From Antedon mediterranea (taxonomy: Eukaryota > Animalia > Echinodermata), in the NCBI RefSeq assembly GCF_964355755.1, contig NC_092679.1, positions 16,661,432 through 16,725,431 of the forward strand: DNA of 64,000 bases, written 5' to 3'. Below, piece by piece: positions 11,744 through 30,100 of the stretch (positions within the stretch are counted from its first letter, which is position 1; each line of letters starts with the position of its first letter). The notes beneath the pieces are model-generated. The model made no database searches, was not told the origin of the DNA, and saw only the letters and a program-made list of their open reading frames with translations. The position numbers were made by a program, and so were the translations under genes.

Positions 11744-12331
11744 CTAGATTTTTTCTTGTGGTCGAGAGATCGGCAATGGTGACAGATATCCCTTATAATC
11801 GTCGAGTGGATTCACGATCCGTAGCAAGTCATGTGTATCGGACTCGGTCGTCGTCGGCTCTGTGACGACTAGGCCAACCTTTTCACCAGTTCCTCGAACG
11901 ACGATTTTAGTGTTATCACTTTCCTTCTTGTCTTTCTTTTTCTTGTTTTTCTTCTTCACTTTTCGGTCCTCTCCTTTCCCTTTGTTTTGTGTTGGTTCTT
12001 CAGCTGAGGTCTTGACTTCCTTTGATTCGGATTTTGTTTCAGTGGCATGTGTGGTTTCCTCTTTGCCTTTTTCTGCCTCCTTGACCTTGCGTTCTTCTGC
12101 CTTACATTCGTCTGCCACTGGCTTGCATTCTTCTGCCACTGGCTTGCATTCTTTTACCACTTGGTTGCATTCTTCTGCCACTGGCTTGCATTCTGTTGGC
12201 TTGCATTCTTTTTCTAGGCCTGCATTCTGGGTATTTTCTACCGGTTGGTCTTCAGTCTTTACCCTTGTCACTTGAGAATCCGCGTAGGTCGTGGTCTTTT
12301 GTTTTTTACGAATACCTACTGCGTTTCCCAT
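11744..12331 (-). CDS. Orphan 195-aa charged low-complexity protein with an MGN N-terminus (possible N-myristoylation) and ECKPVAE repeats
   Basis: Single coding exon from ATG 12331 (aaaATGG context). A ttttgtag acceptor at about 12366 and a GTAAGT donor at about 12667 imply a non-coding exon 1, with a CpG-rich promoter-like tract at 12745-12830. Confidence 0.7.
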   Translation of the reverse strand: MGNAVGIRKKQKTTTYADSQVTRVKTEDQPVENTQNAGLEKECKPTECKPVAEECNQVVKECKPVAEECKPVADECKAEERKVKEAEKGKEETTHATETKSESKEVKTSAEEPTQNKGKGEDRKVKKKNKKKKDKKESDNTKIVVRGTGEKVGLVVTEPTTTESDTHDLLRIVNPLDDYKGYLSPLPISRPQEKI

Positions 12332-14659
12332 TTTATAACGATATATGGAAGAATGGAGTAAAATTCTACAAAAGACAAAAATCATCAAACAGTTGAAAAC
12401 AAAATGGATTTGTAAGCATACTACTTGGCTAGGACCTATCTAGGCGCCTAGTCTCGGTCCATTAACAACTGTTATTTAGCCATTAGGCCTACAAAGAAAT
12501 AGCATTTTTTTTTTTAAATTAGCTATAGGCCTAGGCCTGGGCCTACTTCGTTTGTTGGCTTTTACCAGGCTAATATTGTTTTAACTACTGAGAAGATCCA
12601 GCATTGTAATTTTCTTCAGTAATTTTTCTTTGAATTTAGTTTTTGTAGATAAATTAACAATACTTACCAGAACAATTTCTGTAAAATATTATTTATTCAA
12701 GTAATTTTCTGTTTTTAAATGTGCTTAAAATACAAAAACAGAGTTCGATGCGTCCGCGCGATCGAATGTGTTCCGTGTACGCCGCCCTGTGCGCCAAATT
12801 CAATTGGACGTGCGCAACAAAATGACGCAATCAAAGATTAAGCAGGCAAACTCAAATCTTTTCTAATAAAACAATTAATCTAATATTAATAGTATATAAG
12901 TTAAAGCTCACACTTGTTCCATTTCACGGAACGGAGAACCGTGCGGTTCAATTTATGTAGTTCTTTGTTATATGATTTTCCATTAGGGTTTACACGGCAC
13001 TGTCTTCCGTTCCGTTTCCGTGAAACGGAAAACAAGTTGGAAAGTGTAACTTAAAACTTATCAAATGAAACATGGTTTTTAATATAATCGAGACCTATAT
13101 TGAATTGGAATGTGAGCGGGGTGGGAAGGTAAATTAAATGTCAAATGTTTAAGCCTATTCAAATGTGTTTTTAAAAGAAAGTGTCCTAGTCTCAGGCCTA
13201 CAATCTGTGTTTGTCTGTGCATCGAAAAAAAACCACACTTGAGCAACACTACGAAACAAACTCATTGCATAATCATATCAACAGGTACGCCAAGTGACGG
13301 CTGATTAAATACATCGCTTGAGTAGCGATTGGGATTTCACAGATGAATCCACGAAAGGTATGAAATGAATTATAATTTCGTTTGTACAGTTGAATTGATC
13401 TTGTGCCTCGGCCGCCGTACGTACCCCGAGTATTGAGAATCGCATGTATTTGGTAATACATCATCATATGTGTTTCCCGTGTATCTAGTAGTAACTCAAT
13501 GATACAGGCACCACATGTGATATTAATGAGATGGTGTATTACCAAATATTCCTTTGACACTTCGGAAAGAGTATGTGGTGATACAGCACTGAAAATATGT
13601 ATGTTTTTACACTATATTATAGCCAATATCTAAAAGACGCTTTCCTGCAAAACGCGAAAAACTACTTGAAATATATTTTTAAACACTGCTTCCAACCCCT
13701 AGATTAAGGGTACACGTTAATGCGAATCGAACGAGAGAAAATATTATGTTTTAACACTATGGCCTATTTAAGAAAAAAGCCCTACTATGGGGGACTTTGT
13801 TGGGTCCTGAAAGTATCACCGTAACGGTGGTTATAGTTAAAAATCACCTTATCTCCTTACATACATGTGATTTGTTATTATAGTGAGATTAAAATGTGTA
13901 TTTACGAACCGTAATGTTGGTTTGCCTGACATTCTAATAATTCATTTCACATTATTTGCCGCATTATGTTAGATAATGATTAATAAAGCATCTCTATTCA
14001 TTTTGTAATACACACGTAAACTAGTTTTGACAAGGACATTCCATAAACATGATTTAAGTAAAATGTTTTTATATTATGTATTACAAACTGTAATTTCTTC
14101 ACCAAAAGCTAAAACTTGGTTCGACAAAAAAGTGTGATGTGTCCAATACGGTAGTGATGCGCCCAAACATGGTAGTGATATGATATCATCATGTCCATGA
14201 TGAGCACCTCACATGTTGTCACATAATGTTTGATAGTGTAAACAGAGCTTTGCTTAAAATGTTCTACAACGTTTTCTTTTGAGAAATCCTTGAGCATTTC
14301 CGTTTTCAACATGGCGCGCGTAATAAACGCTCGTACGTCAAAATAGATATATAGTAGCGAAACTGATCAACCTCGCAGCATTTAAACTATAAATTCGTAA
14401 AAGTGACAAGTACATTACTTTCAATCGTTAAGTATTTTTTTTTCTGTTCGGAATGTGCAGTTCCGTGATATGGGAGAAGAGTTTCGAATCTCTATGTTCA
14501 TGGCAGATTACTCATCGTATTCCAAATATGGTAGCATCATCATTCATCTGGTTATTCTGTTAAACTGCATGAATGAACGATTAGGATGCGTAGCGGTAGC
14601 CATACGCACCAGATGGAGGGAGGTAGCCAGCCATAGACAAGTGAAACACGGTGTTCTGG

Positions 14660-14828
14660 TGCACAGCTGTCGCGAGTAGGAGGCACAGGTTGAATTTAAA
14701 AGGCTGGGTTCGCTCTAGCGCCCGTCATTCCGTATCTCACCTCCGCGTCGTCATATCGCAACCCGTGAGTGCCACTCTCTCATCTTTGAGACTTTGTTAT
14801 CTGTGTGTAATCATCATCATCAATAAAA
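14660..14828 (+). promoter_or_regulatory. Probable alpha-tubulin core promoter and 5' UTR
   Basis: GC/CpG-rich tract with a TATA-like tttaaaag at about 14695, an Inr-like tcattc about 30 nt downstream, and then aaaaATG|GTAAGT. Confidence 0.55.
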
Positions 14829-20317
<5,489 letters not shown>

Positions 20318-21506
20318 GCTCATAAAATATGATCTGCTTCCAAGTGCTTTCATCTCTACCTTACAATCCTAATTCACGCAATTGGTAACATATAAATATA
20401 AAGACAAAGCCCTTTCTATTTATAATAAACGACAAATTAATTTTTTTTTTTCGTTAAAACCGATAATACATTACTTAGTTTATATTTAAAATGACAATGC
20501 TGGATAATTCTTTTTCTTCCTTTAAACGTTCCCAGCAGCAAATAGTTTTAATAGTTACTGTTTTTGATTCTGAGCTTTTCAAATGTATTCTTCTCAGGCT
20601 AAAATGTAATAAAGTCCCTCTACGAAATAGGTCTCTGTTCATTATACCTACATCTCTTTAAATAAAACGATATCTTTGCTGGAAATGTTTGTTCATTTTT
20701 GTTATGATTGTAGACTAAATAACGCCGAATAACAATTATAAATATTTTGTCATCAACATTAGAACGGTACAGCGAGTGAATTTGATTGTAAGTTAACGCG
20801 CGCACATGCAAACGATCGGACACCATCAACGTGTCTATTCGTAGCCTAGGCGGCCGGTGTCACCATAGAGGAAAAATAAATATTTGAAAAGCATGTTCTT
20901 CTAAGTGACGACACGTATATAATACAGTAAAACCTAGCATACGTTTCATATTTGATATTTCAAAGAAAAGAAGAAAATGTATTAATACGACAGCCACATC
21001 AAGCCTTGGTATGAATGTAACCAGCGCCCTCTATATCGTCACCGATTAAACCAAAGATCACACAGTTTCTGAAACATAGAAATTTAACAACTTCATTTGT
21101 TAATGAAGTCTACATCAATATTAGATGTGCTATTCTTATACCATCGACATGATTGGGGGTAAATGTTGAATCATGGAGTAATTTACTCCATGGTTGAATT
21201 CAGGAAGTAAAACAAAAATAATTTAGAATATTAACCGAACGGATAAAAGGTACACAAGAGTTGAAAATGAGTACGTGCGAAATTAAAACAATCATTTACT
21301 AATCTGGACCGCAAAATACTTAGATTGATAAATCGTGCTGCTGGTGGGGAAACATTAAGTTGGTGACGATATAGAGGGCGCAATTTTAGTTTGTTCACGT
21401 TTGAAATACAATGCAGTAAAGCGATGTCCTAACAAAAACTCCCTCTCCAAACGGCGAGGTCATTTTCAAAGGAATTGTTAATAATATCTGAGGGTAATGC
21501 GTAACC

Positions 21507-21720
21507 AATTACGTATATCGCAACGCACTGTTGTTTAACGTTATAATAACGTAAGACTTAAACAATTACGTATAAGCAACGTACCGTTGTTTAACGTTAT
21601 AATAACGTAAGACTTAAACAATTACGTATAACGCAACGTACTGTTTAACGTTATATTAACGTAAGACTTAAACAATTACGTATAACGCAACGTACTGTTG
21701 TTTAACGTTATTGTAACGTA
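21507..21720. repeat. About 56-58 bp tandem repeat, about 4 copies
   Basis: Unit caattacgtataacgcaacgtactgttgtttaacgttataataacgtaagacttaaa. Confidence 0.85.
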
Positions 21721-23363
21721 TTTGTATGTATGTGTTTGTGTGATCTGCAAAAGGAAAAACAAAAACAGAAGCAGAATTAAATAAAAGTGTAGGTGTTTAT
21801 TCATACCACCTTGTATTTACATTTATAACACGTTGCATAATTTTAAATATGGCAACATAATTGGACAATCACGTTAAAACATTTACATACGCACGTACTG
21901 TTAACACTACCATAACACGTTGTATATCCGCGTGTATTTTTCGAGTGAAAATTATGCTGCATGGTGTTTCATATAATGCATTTCCTGGTCTTCACGAGTA
22001 GTTTTATACTGAACGCGTGTTACGCGCGAGGCAGTCCTGGTAAAGATTTATGTTATCAGTACGGTATACGTCATACTTAAGTAAGCCCACTCACGTAAGC
22101 ACGTGTTATAAAAACAGAAACTAAATGATACAAAACAATTGCATATATTCAAAGAATAAGTACATGTTCAGAATTAACAAATACGTTAAAAAGCAGCAAT
22201 TGGGAAATAAAATACAAAACTGCTGGCACAAAATCCAGTTTGGTTGTCTTAAAATCGACATATGACTTGGAACAAAATTCCAAAAGCAAAACGTTACTAT
22301 TACGTCACAATTTCAATATATATTTTATATTACAACAACCACCTCTTATTTACATTTACAAATCTAATCATTTAGAGATAAAATAAATGTTACTTTATTA
22401 GAGAATTTGAGAAACACGAAGTCAACATTATGTCCCAACATACACTATGTATTCTCCTATTTTTTAAATCATGTACGTATGTGTGTGGAATAAACTTGCA
22501 CGGTACAGTACAGGGAAGAGTTAAAGCTTGGTTCCCACTGGGACGCAACACAATGACGTAAGGGCCCGACGCAAGAATGTTAGGACGCAATGCAAAGACG
22601 CAACGCAAGTAATTTGACCAATCACATCAAAACTGTCGTTTGTGATTGACCAAATTACTTGCGTTGCGTCTTTGCATTGCGTCCTAGGTGGAAACTAAAT
22701 TTACGAACGTACGTACGCAAGTATGGTAGTGTAAGAGCCAGGCCGGGAACATACCAAATGCATGTTGGGAAATATGTTTACGAATGCATTTTGCGTTACG
22801 GTAACTAAAAATAAATCTTCACTACTGTCAATATGGTTATATAACATTCACATTCACATTTAAAATTCTAATAAATAAAATTCGTTTAACTAAAACATTT
22901 TCCAACACACCAGCCGAGAGAATTAATCGTAAAATCAGGAAAGCAAGACATTACCCTCATACCTTCTCTACCAATGTATGTATGTATACATCGATCACTA
23001 ATTATTATTCATATTAATACATACTTAACTTACCAGTACTTAAAAAATATTATAAGGCAATAGCACTATCGTATTGCCTAACAGTGGAAGTTTAGGAAAA
23101 AATGTTGGCGGTAGAATACACCATTGTTCACTGTATTATTAATTTCTTCACACACATTCACAATTATAAAGGTACGAGGTGGTAGGACCTACTGTTACTA
23201 GGAAACAGATATTTCACTCTTCCTGGTGATATCTAGATAATTATGTATGGGCTTTCTCATTATTTATTTCAGATTTGTAAATTATATGTCAATTTCGAAC
23301 TGAACCTAATCGTACAAACGATAAAGATGTGACAAAGTCGCCTCTACTGCACTGACACCATTA

Positions 23364-23580
23364 AGCTCTGTCTACACTATCAAACTAGTTTGACACAAAA
23401 AGTATAGTAGTTGTATGCCCAAATATGGTATTGATATGACATCATCATGTCCATTATGAGCACATCACATTTGTTGTCACATAAAGTTTGATAGTGTAGA
23501 CAGAACTTTAGATCGTGTAGACAGAACTTTAGATCGTGTAGACAGAACTTTAGATCGTGTAGACAGAACTTTAGATCGTG
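23364..23580. mobile_element. MITE family A copy whose right end is tandemly amplified (21 bp x4)
   Basis: The element at 23364-23507 overlaps a tandem array of gtgtagacagaactttagatc at about 23494-23580. Another family A copy lies at about 23690-23837. Confidence 0.8.
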
Positions 23581-24137
23581 ATTTTCACTCGTCTCACCGT
23601 TTTCGTTGGTTTTCGATATTACGCATGTGCAATAAAGGTTCTTCAAATGTATATTTTTTTTCTGTCATTGAATTAATTAATGCTGTCTTAAGCTTTGTCT
23701 ACAATATAAAACTTTATGTGAGAAAAAGAAAATATGATGTACCCATCATGATGTCATATGACTACCATATTTAGGCATATCTCTACCATATTTGGGCACA
23801 TCACACTTTTGTGTCAAACTAGTTTGATAGTGTAGACATCTGATGAGGAAGTTGATCACTGGTATCTTTATTGTGTGTTGTTCTACCTGAATTTAAATTT
23901 CACTGCAGCTAATTCGTGATGCGATAGTCTGTCTTTGTCTGACTGTCTTACGCATTACACGGAGTATAGTTTTTGGCCTAAAATATATTCAGAGCTGGAA
24001 AGATGTTTATCTTTTCACGCACACAAACACACACTGCCGCCCTCTCTCACGCACTGATTCATTACGTCACACATTGGCACACCCATAACTCTTTTTCACA
24101 ACTGAACAAAAACAAAATACAGCATGGGCCCAACAGG

Positions 24138-27100
24138 CTACTTATCCACCATTAGTGCGACGAATTCTGAAAAATATAAAAAAAAAGTAATCGTCTATTT
24201 ATTAGTACTGTATATAAATCCAAAGGCAAATTACTGAAAAAATGACAATGCTGTGGGTATCAGTGGCTGGATCTCAATGGAGATACAAAAAAAAAAGCGA
24301 AAAGCTAAATCAAAACGATAAAGTAAACAGCCAGAAAATTTAGCAGAGCTTTCGGGCAACACTAGCCCTTCATCAGTGCAAGTGAGGGAATTTGGATAAA
24401 GTCATAGCAGGGAGTTGTCTAATAACAACTCATAGCATATGAGTTGGCAAGTGCTGCCTGGGTAGACAGGAATAAAAGAAATAATACAATAGATAATATA
24501 TATATATATACATGTTGACGTACCTACTAACATTCAGTATGGTATGGCAATGCGAATAAACCATGTTCATATATAGACCTATCTAAATGAGTCATATATG
24601 ATTCATGACTTTCATATAAGTCATTGTAAACATTTTAATATTGTGAATCCATAGTTGAGTTATTGTAGACCTATCTTTCTAAGGTATGTAATTTACCAAG
24701 CAACCAATTGAATAAGCGATTGAAGATACCTATTCTTACGCCTTCTAGGCGATATTTTTTCGCGCGAATCGAAAGCGCCAGCGAACAAATTCGCCTAGTG
24801 GAAAATCGGTTTAGTATCGAGTATAATGGGAGTAGGCCTAGATGAAAATAGATGAACAGTGTGAAAAAAACACACTCTTGAAGCCCGCGCATTGTGACGT
24901 TTGTCTCTCACGCTCCGCCAATTAAAACAGATCTGAACTAACAACTTTGCTGCGCTTGTTCGATTTACGGTGAACCATGACACATTATGAAACTAACCAT
25001 TAACAATAATTTTACACAAATTAACCTGGACATATAACGTGGAGAAAACATTCTCGGTTCTACTCCCTTGGGGTTCGTTTCTGTTGGTGACATGTTTGAT
25101 GCGCTGTTTTTGGACAGTTACGAAGGTCTCTCAGGTGTCATATCTTACCTTGGTAATCAATTGTGCCGTCATTATCTTTGTCGGCGTCTGTTAACAAATC
25201 TAATATATCTTGATTTGAAATCCCACCGTTGGCAACTTTCAAAACAGCAGCGAGTTCCTCGGCTCTGAAATAGTTTAGTAATTTCCAATATGTATTATTT
25301 CAATTTAATTACATGGTTTGTTTTTCAATAACTATCACCTTTTAAGTTTGGTTCCTATTCTGTGACGCAGCGCAATGACGTACACGCAGCACAACATAAT
25401 TTGACGAATCAAAAGCGACAGTTCGGGATCACCCGTCGCTTGTGATATACAGTAGGAGCAATTTAGGACACCCCTATCGAGGGGACACTCCAAGGGGGGA
25501 CACTTTCACGTAAAATGAATAAGGGAGGAAATAGGTTTTAACACTACGGTCAAACCAAACCCTATTGAGTGGAAATACCTATTAAGGGGACACTTAGTTG
25601 ACATAGTCACTCACGAAAAGGGGTTTAGGTTTAGGTTGAGGGGAGGGGGAGGGTAGAGGTTCACTAAACCAACAATTGTGATCGTGTTTAAGTCCAAGAC
25701 AATATACAATTGAATTTAACGTGTGAATAAAGGTTGAAAAACTGTAAAAAACAGTTATTTATATTTCAGTACATTGTTAATTTTTAAATATTTGTTATTT
25801 AAGCAAAACTAAATCATATTTTGTTTTTGTGTCTGCCGTAATTGAGACGCGATCCTAGATTGAAAACGTTGCTGACGATATAATTAAAATGGCATGCGAT
25901 TTATGTTCACAATAATATTCTAAATGTTTCTATCAATTTCCGGCATATTATTCAAAAATACGATCGACTTAGCAGTTTGGCAAAACGAGCTAATGTGCAT
26001 AGTGCGTGAAAACAGTTAAATTGTCTTGTTAGACAAAAACAAGGTACTGGGATGATTGTCTCATACGTTGCTCTCCATCTCACTCGACTTTCAATTCCCA
26101 AGACACAATTATAAGTTTATATTTTAAAGCGTCGTGCGGTAGAATGATCCAATTAGAGGAGTGAAGTGGTATTCTGGGCTTCATTAACGGTTCTGTCTTA
26201 TTGCCAATTTACACTACAACGACGCTAAATATGTCCATTGAAAAACACAATGGTGTGAACTGCTGGCATACATCAAATTATTTCTGTATTCGTATAATTA
26301 TTTATTGTTGATTGAATTTGGCCAATGACCCACAGCCTATGAATAAGACTGCAGTGCAGTTATCGTAACATATGTTTTTGTATGAATTACTACTCTTAGT
26401 ATTTTAGTAATGAGCACGACTCAATGCGCATATGTGGTGTGCACCGTAACGAATGACTGGCCAATTAGTGAATGCTTGGAATCTACTATCCCTTGTAAAG
26501 GTCCAGCTAGCATTTAGCTCTGCTTTTCTTGTATATTTCATTTACCATGCAGCATTCTGTATAATTATGAAATACTAGATGGTACGCTCGCGTACCATCT
26601 AGGTCGTGCCCGCAGGTGGTTCTCGAATACACAGTAATTTCAGCGTAAGAAAAAAACTGGCGATTTAAAATGTACGTACCGCAGGATTATAATACATTGT
26701 CGTTAACAGAAACGAATAAATAGACACGATGATTTATGTAGTCAACTAAAAGAGAAACTTGTATGAGTCCAAATTTTTGCTTTAGACTCATTTAAACTAA
26801 CCTAATTTGTGTTTTGTTTGTAACATTAGGGTTGAGGGATGGGGATGGGTACAAAGAGGAACAATTTTAAAATAAATTCTTTATCCAATCAGTAACGAAA
26901 TATTGTTTCATGTTGTATAGGCCTATAAATAATATTATATCACTAAACACAGTAAAACATTTGCGATTTAATACTTTGTTAAAACTGTCACTGTCATAGT
27001 CAATTGAAATAGTAAGTACATTTGACGAGATACACCACTACCACGTTTATATTTGTTTGTAATTATTAATTAATATAAACGTTGAGAAGCAACTGTCAGT

Positions 27101-30100
27101 AATAAAGTTTATTTGTATATTATGTGTTTATATATATCTAACAGTAGGGCCTACCCACACTCACAGTAATAAAGTGTATTTGTATATGTTTTTATATATC
27201 TAACCGTACCCACACTCACAGTAAGAAATTTGCGATTCAAATGGCGACCAAAAATGGTTAATACGTATTTACAGTATTGTCAAAGTATACTATATCTAAA
27301 GGTTTTAAGTTTATCCCCAAGGGCCTATACATTTACCTACGTGTTAAACCAAATGATTATACTAATGTGATGTTGTATTACAACATATTCCTACAACATA
27401 TTCGTATAATACTGAGGAAATCTAGATAGGCCTACAGTACCGAAAATCGGATGATTTTGGACACCTATATTCTCTGGCGACACTTCTATTAAGGGGATAT
27501 TATGTTTAAGGGGACACTTTTTGGGGGTCCCGAAGCTAAAATACTCAAAGAACGCCCTCATACACTGTCTAGCGCCCTCAGCCAACTTTTACTTTGCCCT
27601 ATTTTCCATGATCATGTAATTTTAAATCTAGGGAAGTGTAATCTGAATCTGTTGTGTTTAAATGCAACGTTGATTCTATCCTTTTAAATTTGTTATTGTT
27701 AAGATAGGTAGCAGTTACAGTACCTTATTCGTATATAAACATACATCCGCGTAAATCTCAACGCAATCATTCAACTACTTAAAAGGATTTTACCAAGCTT
27801 AACTTTTCTAAAGGGGAAATCAGAAAGATGTAGGTCTGTTATTAATTTATCAGGCTATGAATTGTATACGTAGGCGGCCTACTATAATACATTTTGTGTA
27901 CGTGTATTTGGCATATTCGTTACCTGATATAACCCCTTTGATCCTTGTCAAAGACTTGGAAGGCTTCTCGGATGTCTTCTGATTCGTCGCTGTCTTTTAG
28001 CTTCCTTGACATCATTGTGCAGAACTCTGTGAAGTCAATGATGCCATTACCTGTTGAGACAAAATTCAAAATTGTCACGTCAATGTAGTGTAGACGTAGT
28101 ACATTATGATAGTGAGAATCATAGGCGGATTCCCTCTAAGTTTTGAAAATGACAATGCAAAAGATAGAACAGTCTAGAACCTCATTTCACCAATTTCATA
28201 ATAATTGATCCGCCACTAAGATGTTATTATATTTTATTTTACATCTCCCCGCTAAGATTAAGTTTCAAGGTTCAATTGAGTGTGTAATGCATTTATCGAA
28301 GGAATAGCATAGGAATATACAATGCTATGTAGTCTAGGTTCTAGACTGTGTTTCTACTTAATATTAGTAAAAAGATAAATATTTTGGCAAACATGGCGCT
28401 TCATACGTATAATACTCGGAGCTCAACAACTGTATTTTCCAGACAAAAAATGAAACGCCGACTAGTGAACTAACATAAGAAGAACGAATTAAATACAGTC
28501 TTGGGCGAAGTCTATGTTATAGCTAATGTTTTACTAGTTAATATAGATGAATGTTTACACTATGTCTTTTACAGTGATTATATCGCTGATTTAAAGCTTT
28601 GTTGCCACTGACGCAGCGCACAATTATTTTGTTTGTGTACGTCATAACGTTACGTCCTAGTGTAAAGTTGAAGTCTGTAGGTCTATGCACCCATTGAGTA
28701 AGTAAGAATTATTCTTAAATACGCAGTGTTGTTAAGCTCTGTCTACACTATCAAACTTTATTTGACAACAACAATATGATGTGCCCATATATAGACAGGA
28801 TGATATGATATCACTACCATATTTAGGCACATCACACTTTGTTGTCAAACTATAGTTTGATAGTGTAGACAGAGCTTTAGAATCGGCAGTAAATGTTTCA
28901 GGAATAATACATTTCCGCTTTATTGATCAAGAATTTATGATATTAACTGTGTTGATAATTTCATTTGTTAAGATAAACTAACAAGTTTGTAATACCATTA
29001 ACCAGATTAAACATTTCAGTACTGCTAGTCATGCACGACTATTACATTTACATGAGTGTCAATATCTTGTTAATTGAGAGGTTAAAACGTAAATGTTAAA
29101 TATGTTTATCCAAACTAAATATGAAGCTTTCTTTGTGAGCATTTAAGCGACCGCCTTAGTAACATGCGCAATGCTTAATTCATATGACATCAGTCGATAA
29201 GCTGAACTTTAAAAAAAACCGACGGTTTTATTAACCTTTTGCATATAGGCCTACTATAGATTTTTTTAAATGTTAATCCGCTGCAGGTAGACACGATATT
29301 TCGGTTTCACTATATATAACAGAGGTGGATTATTATTTTAATAAATCTACTATAAAAGTATTCTTTTACGCCATAATTTATTTATGATTTACATTATAAA
29401 TTAGATTAGGTGAACTTTAGGCCTAGCACTAATGCTATTGGGATAGGCCTGCTGCATACAAACATGATGGAAGTTGAAGGGGGCCGCGAAGAGGTTCATT
29501 TACTGACCGTAGTTTATGACAACATCCCTACACATTATACGACGGACGATTAGATAGTGTAGCACGTGGGTAAAGTTCTGTTTCTACACTATCAAACCTT
29601 AGTGACAAAAAAATGTCATGTGTCCATATATGGACATGATGATGTCATATCACTACCATATTTGGGCATCACTACTATATTTGGGAACACCAAACTAGTT
29701 TGATAGTGTAGACAGAGCTTTAGATTATTTGGCCATATCACTACCATAGGGTACCATCACATTTGTTTTGTCAAACTAGTTTAATATAGAGACAGAGCTT
29801 AAAAGAAAAAAAAAACCAATTGTCTGAAATGATGATATCTATACGACAAAGTTGTACAATACTAGGATCGCTTAATATAACGAAAGTGATCAGATGGTGT
29901 CAACATACAATTTCCGCCATCGTTTCATCACCTAAGCGAACGAGATGGCCGACTAGGCTAATTTAACTAATCAAATCATGGAGACAATTTTGTTCATAGC
30001 ATCAATTTACTTCATTATTACGATCGATGTAGAATGTATTGTGAACCTCAATGTATTTTACAACATCCTGTGCCTTTTCATCATCAGATCATATAATATA

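Noticed and set aside
11862-12275. 137-aa plus-strand ORF
   Set aside because: Antisense shadow of the repetitive minus-strand ORF, without a true ATG start.
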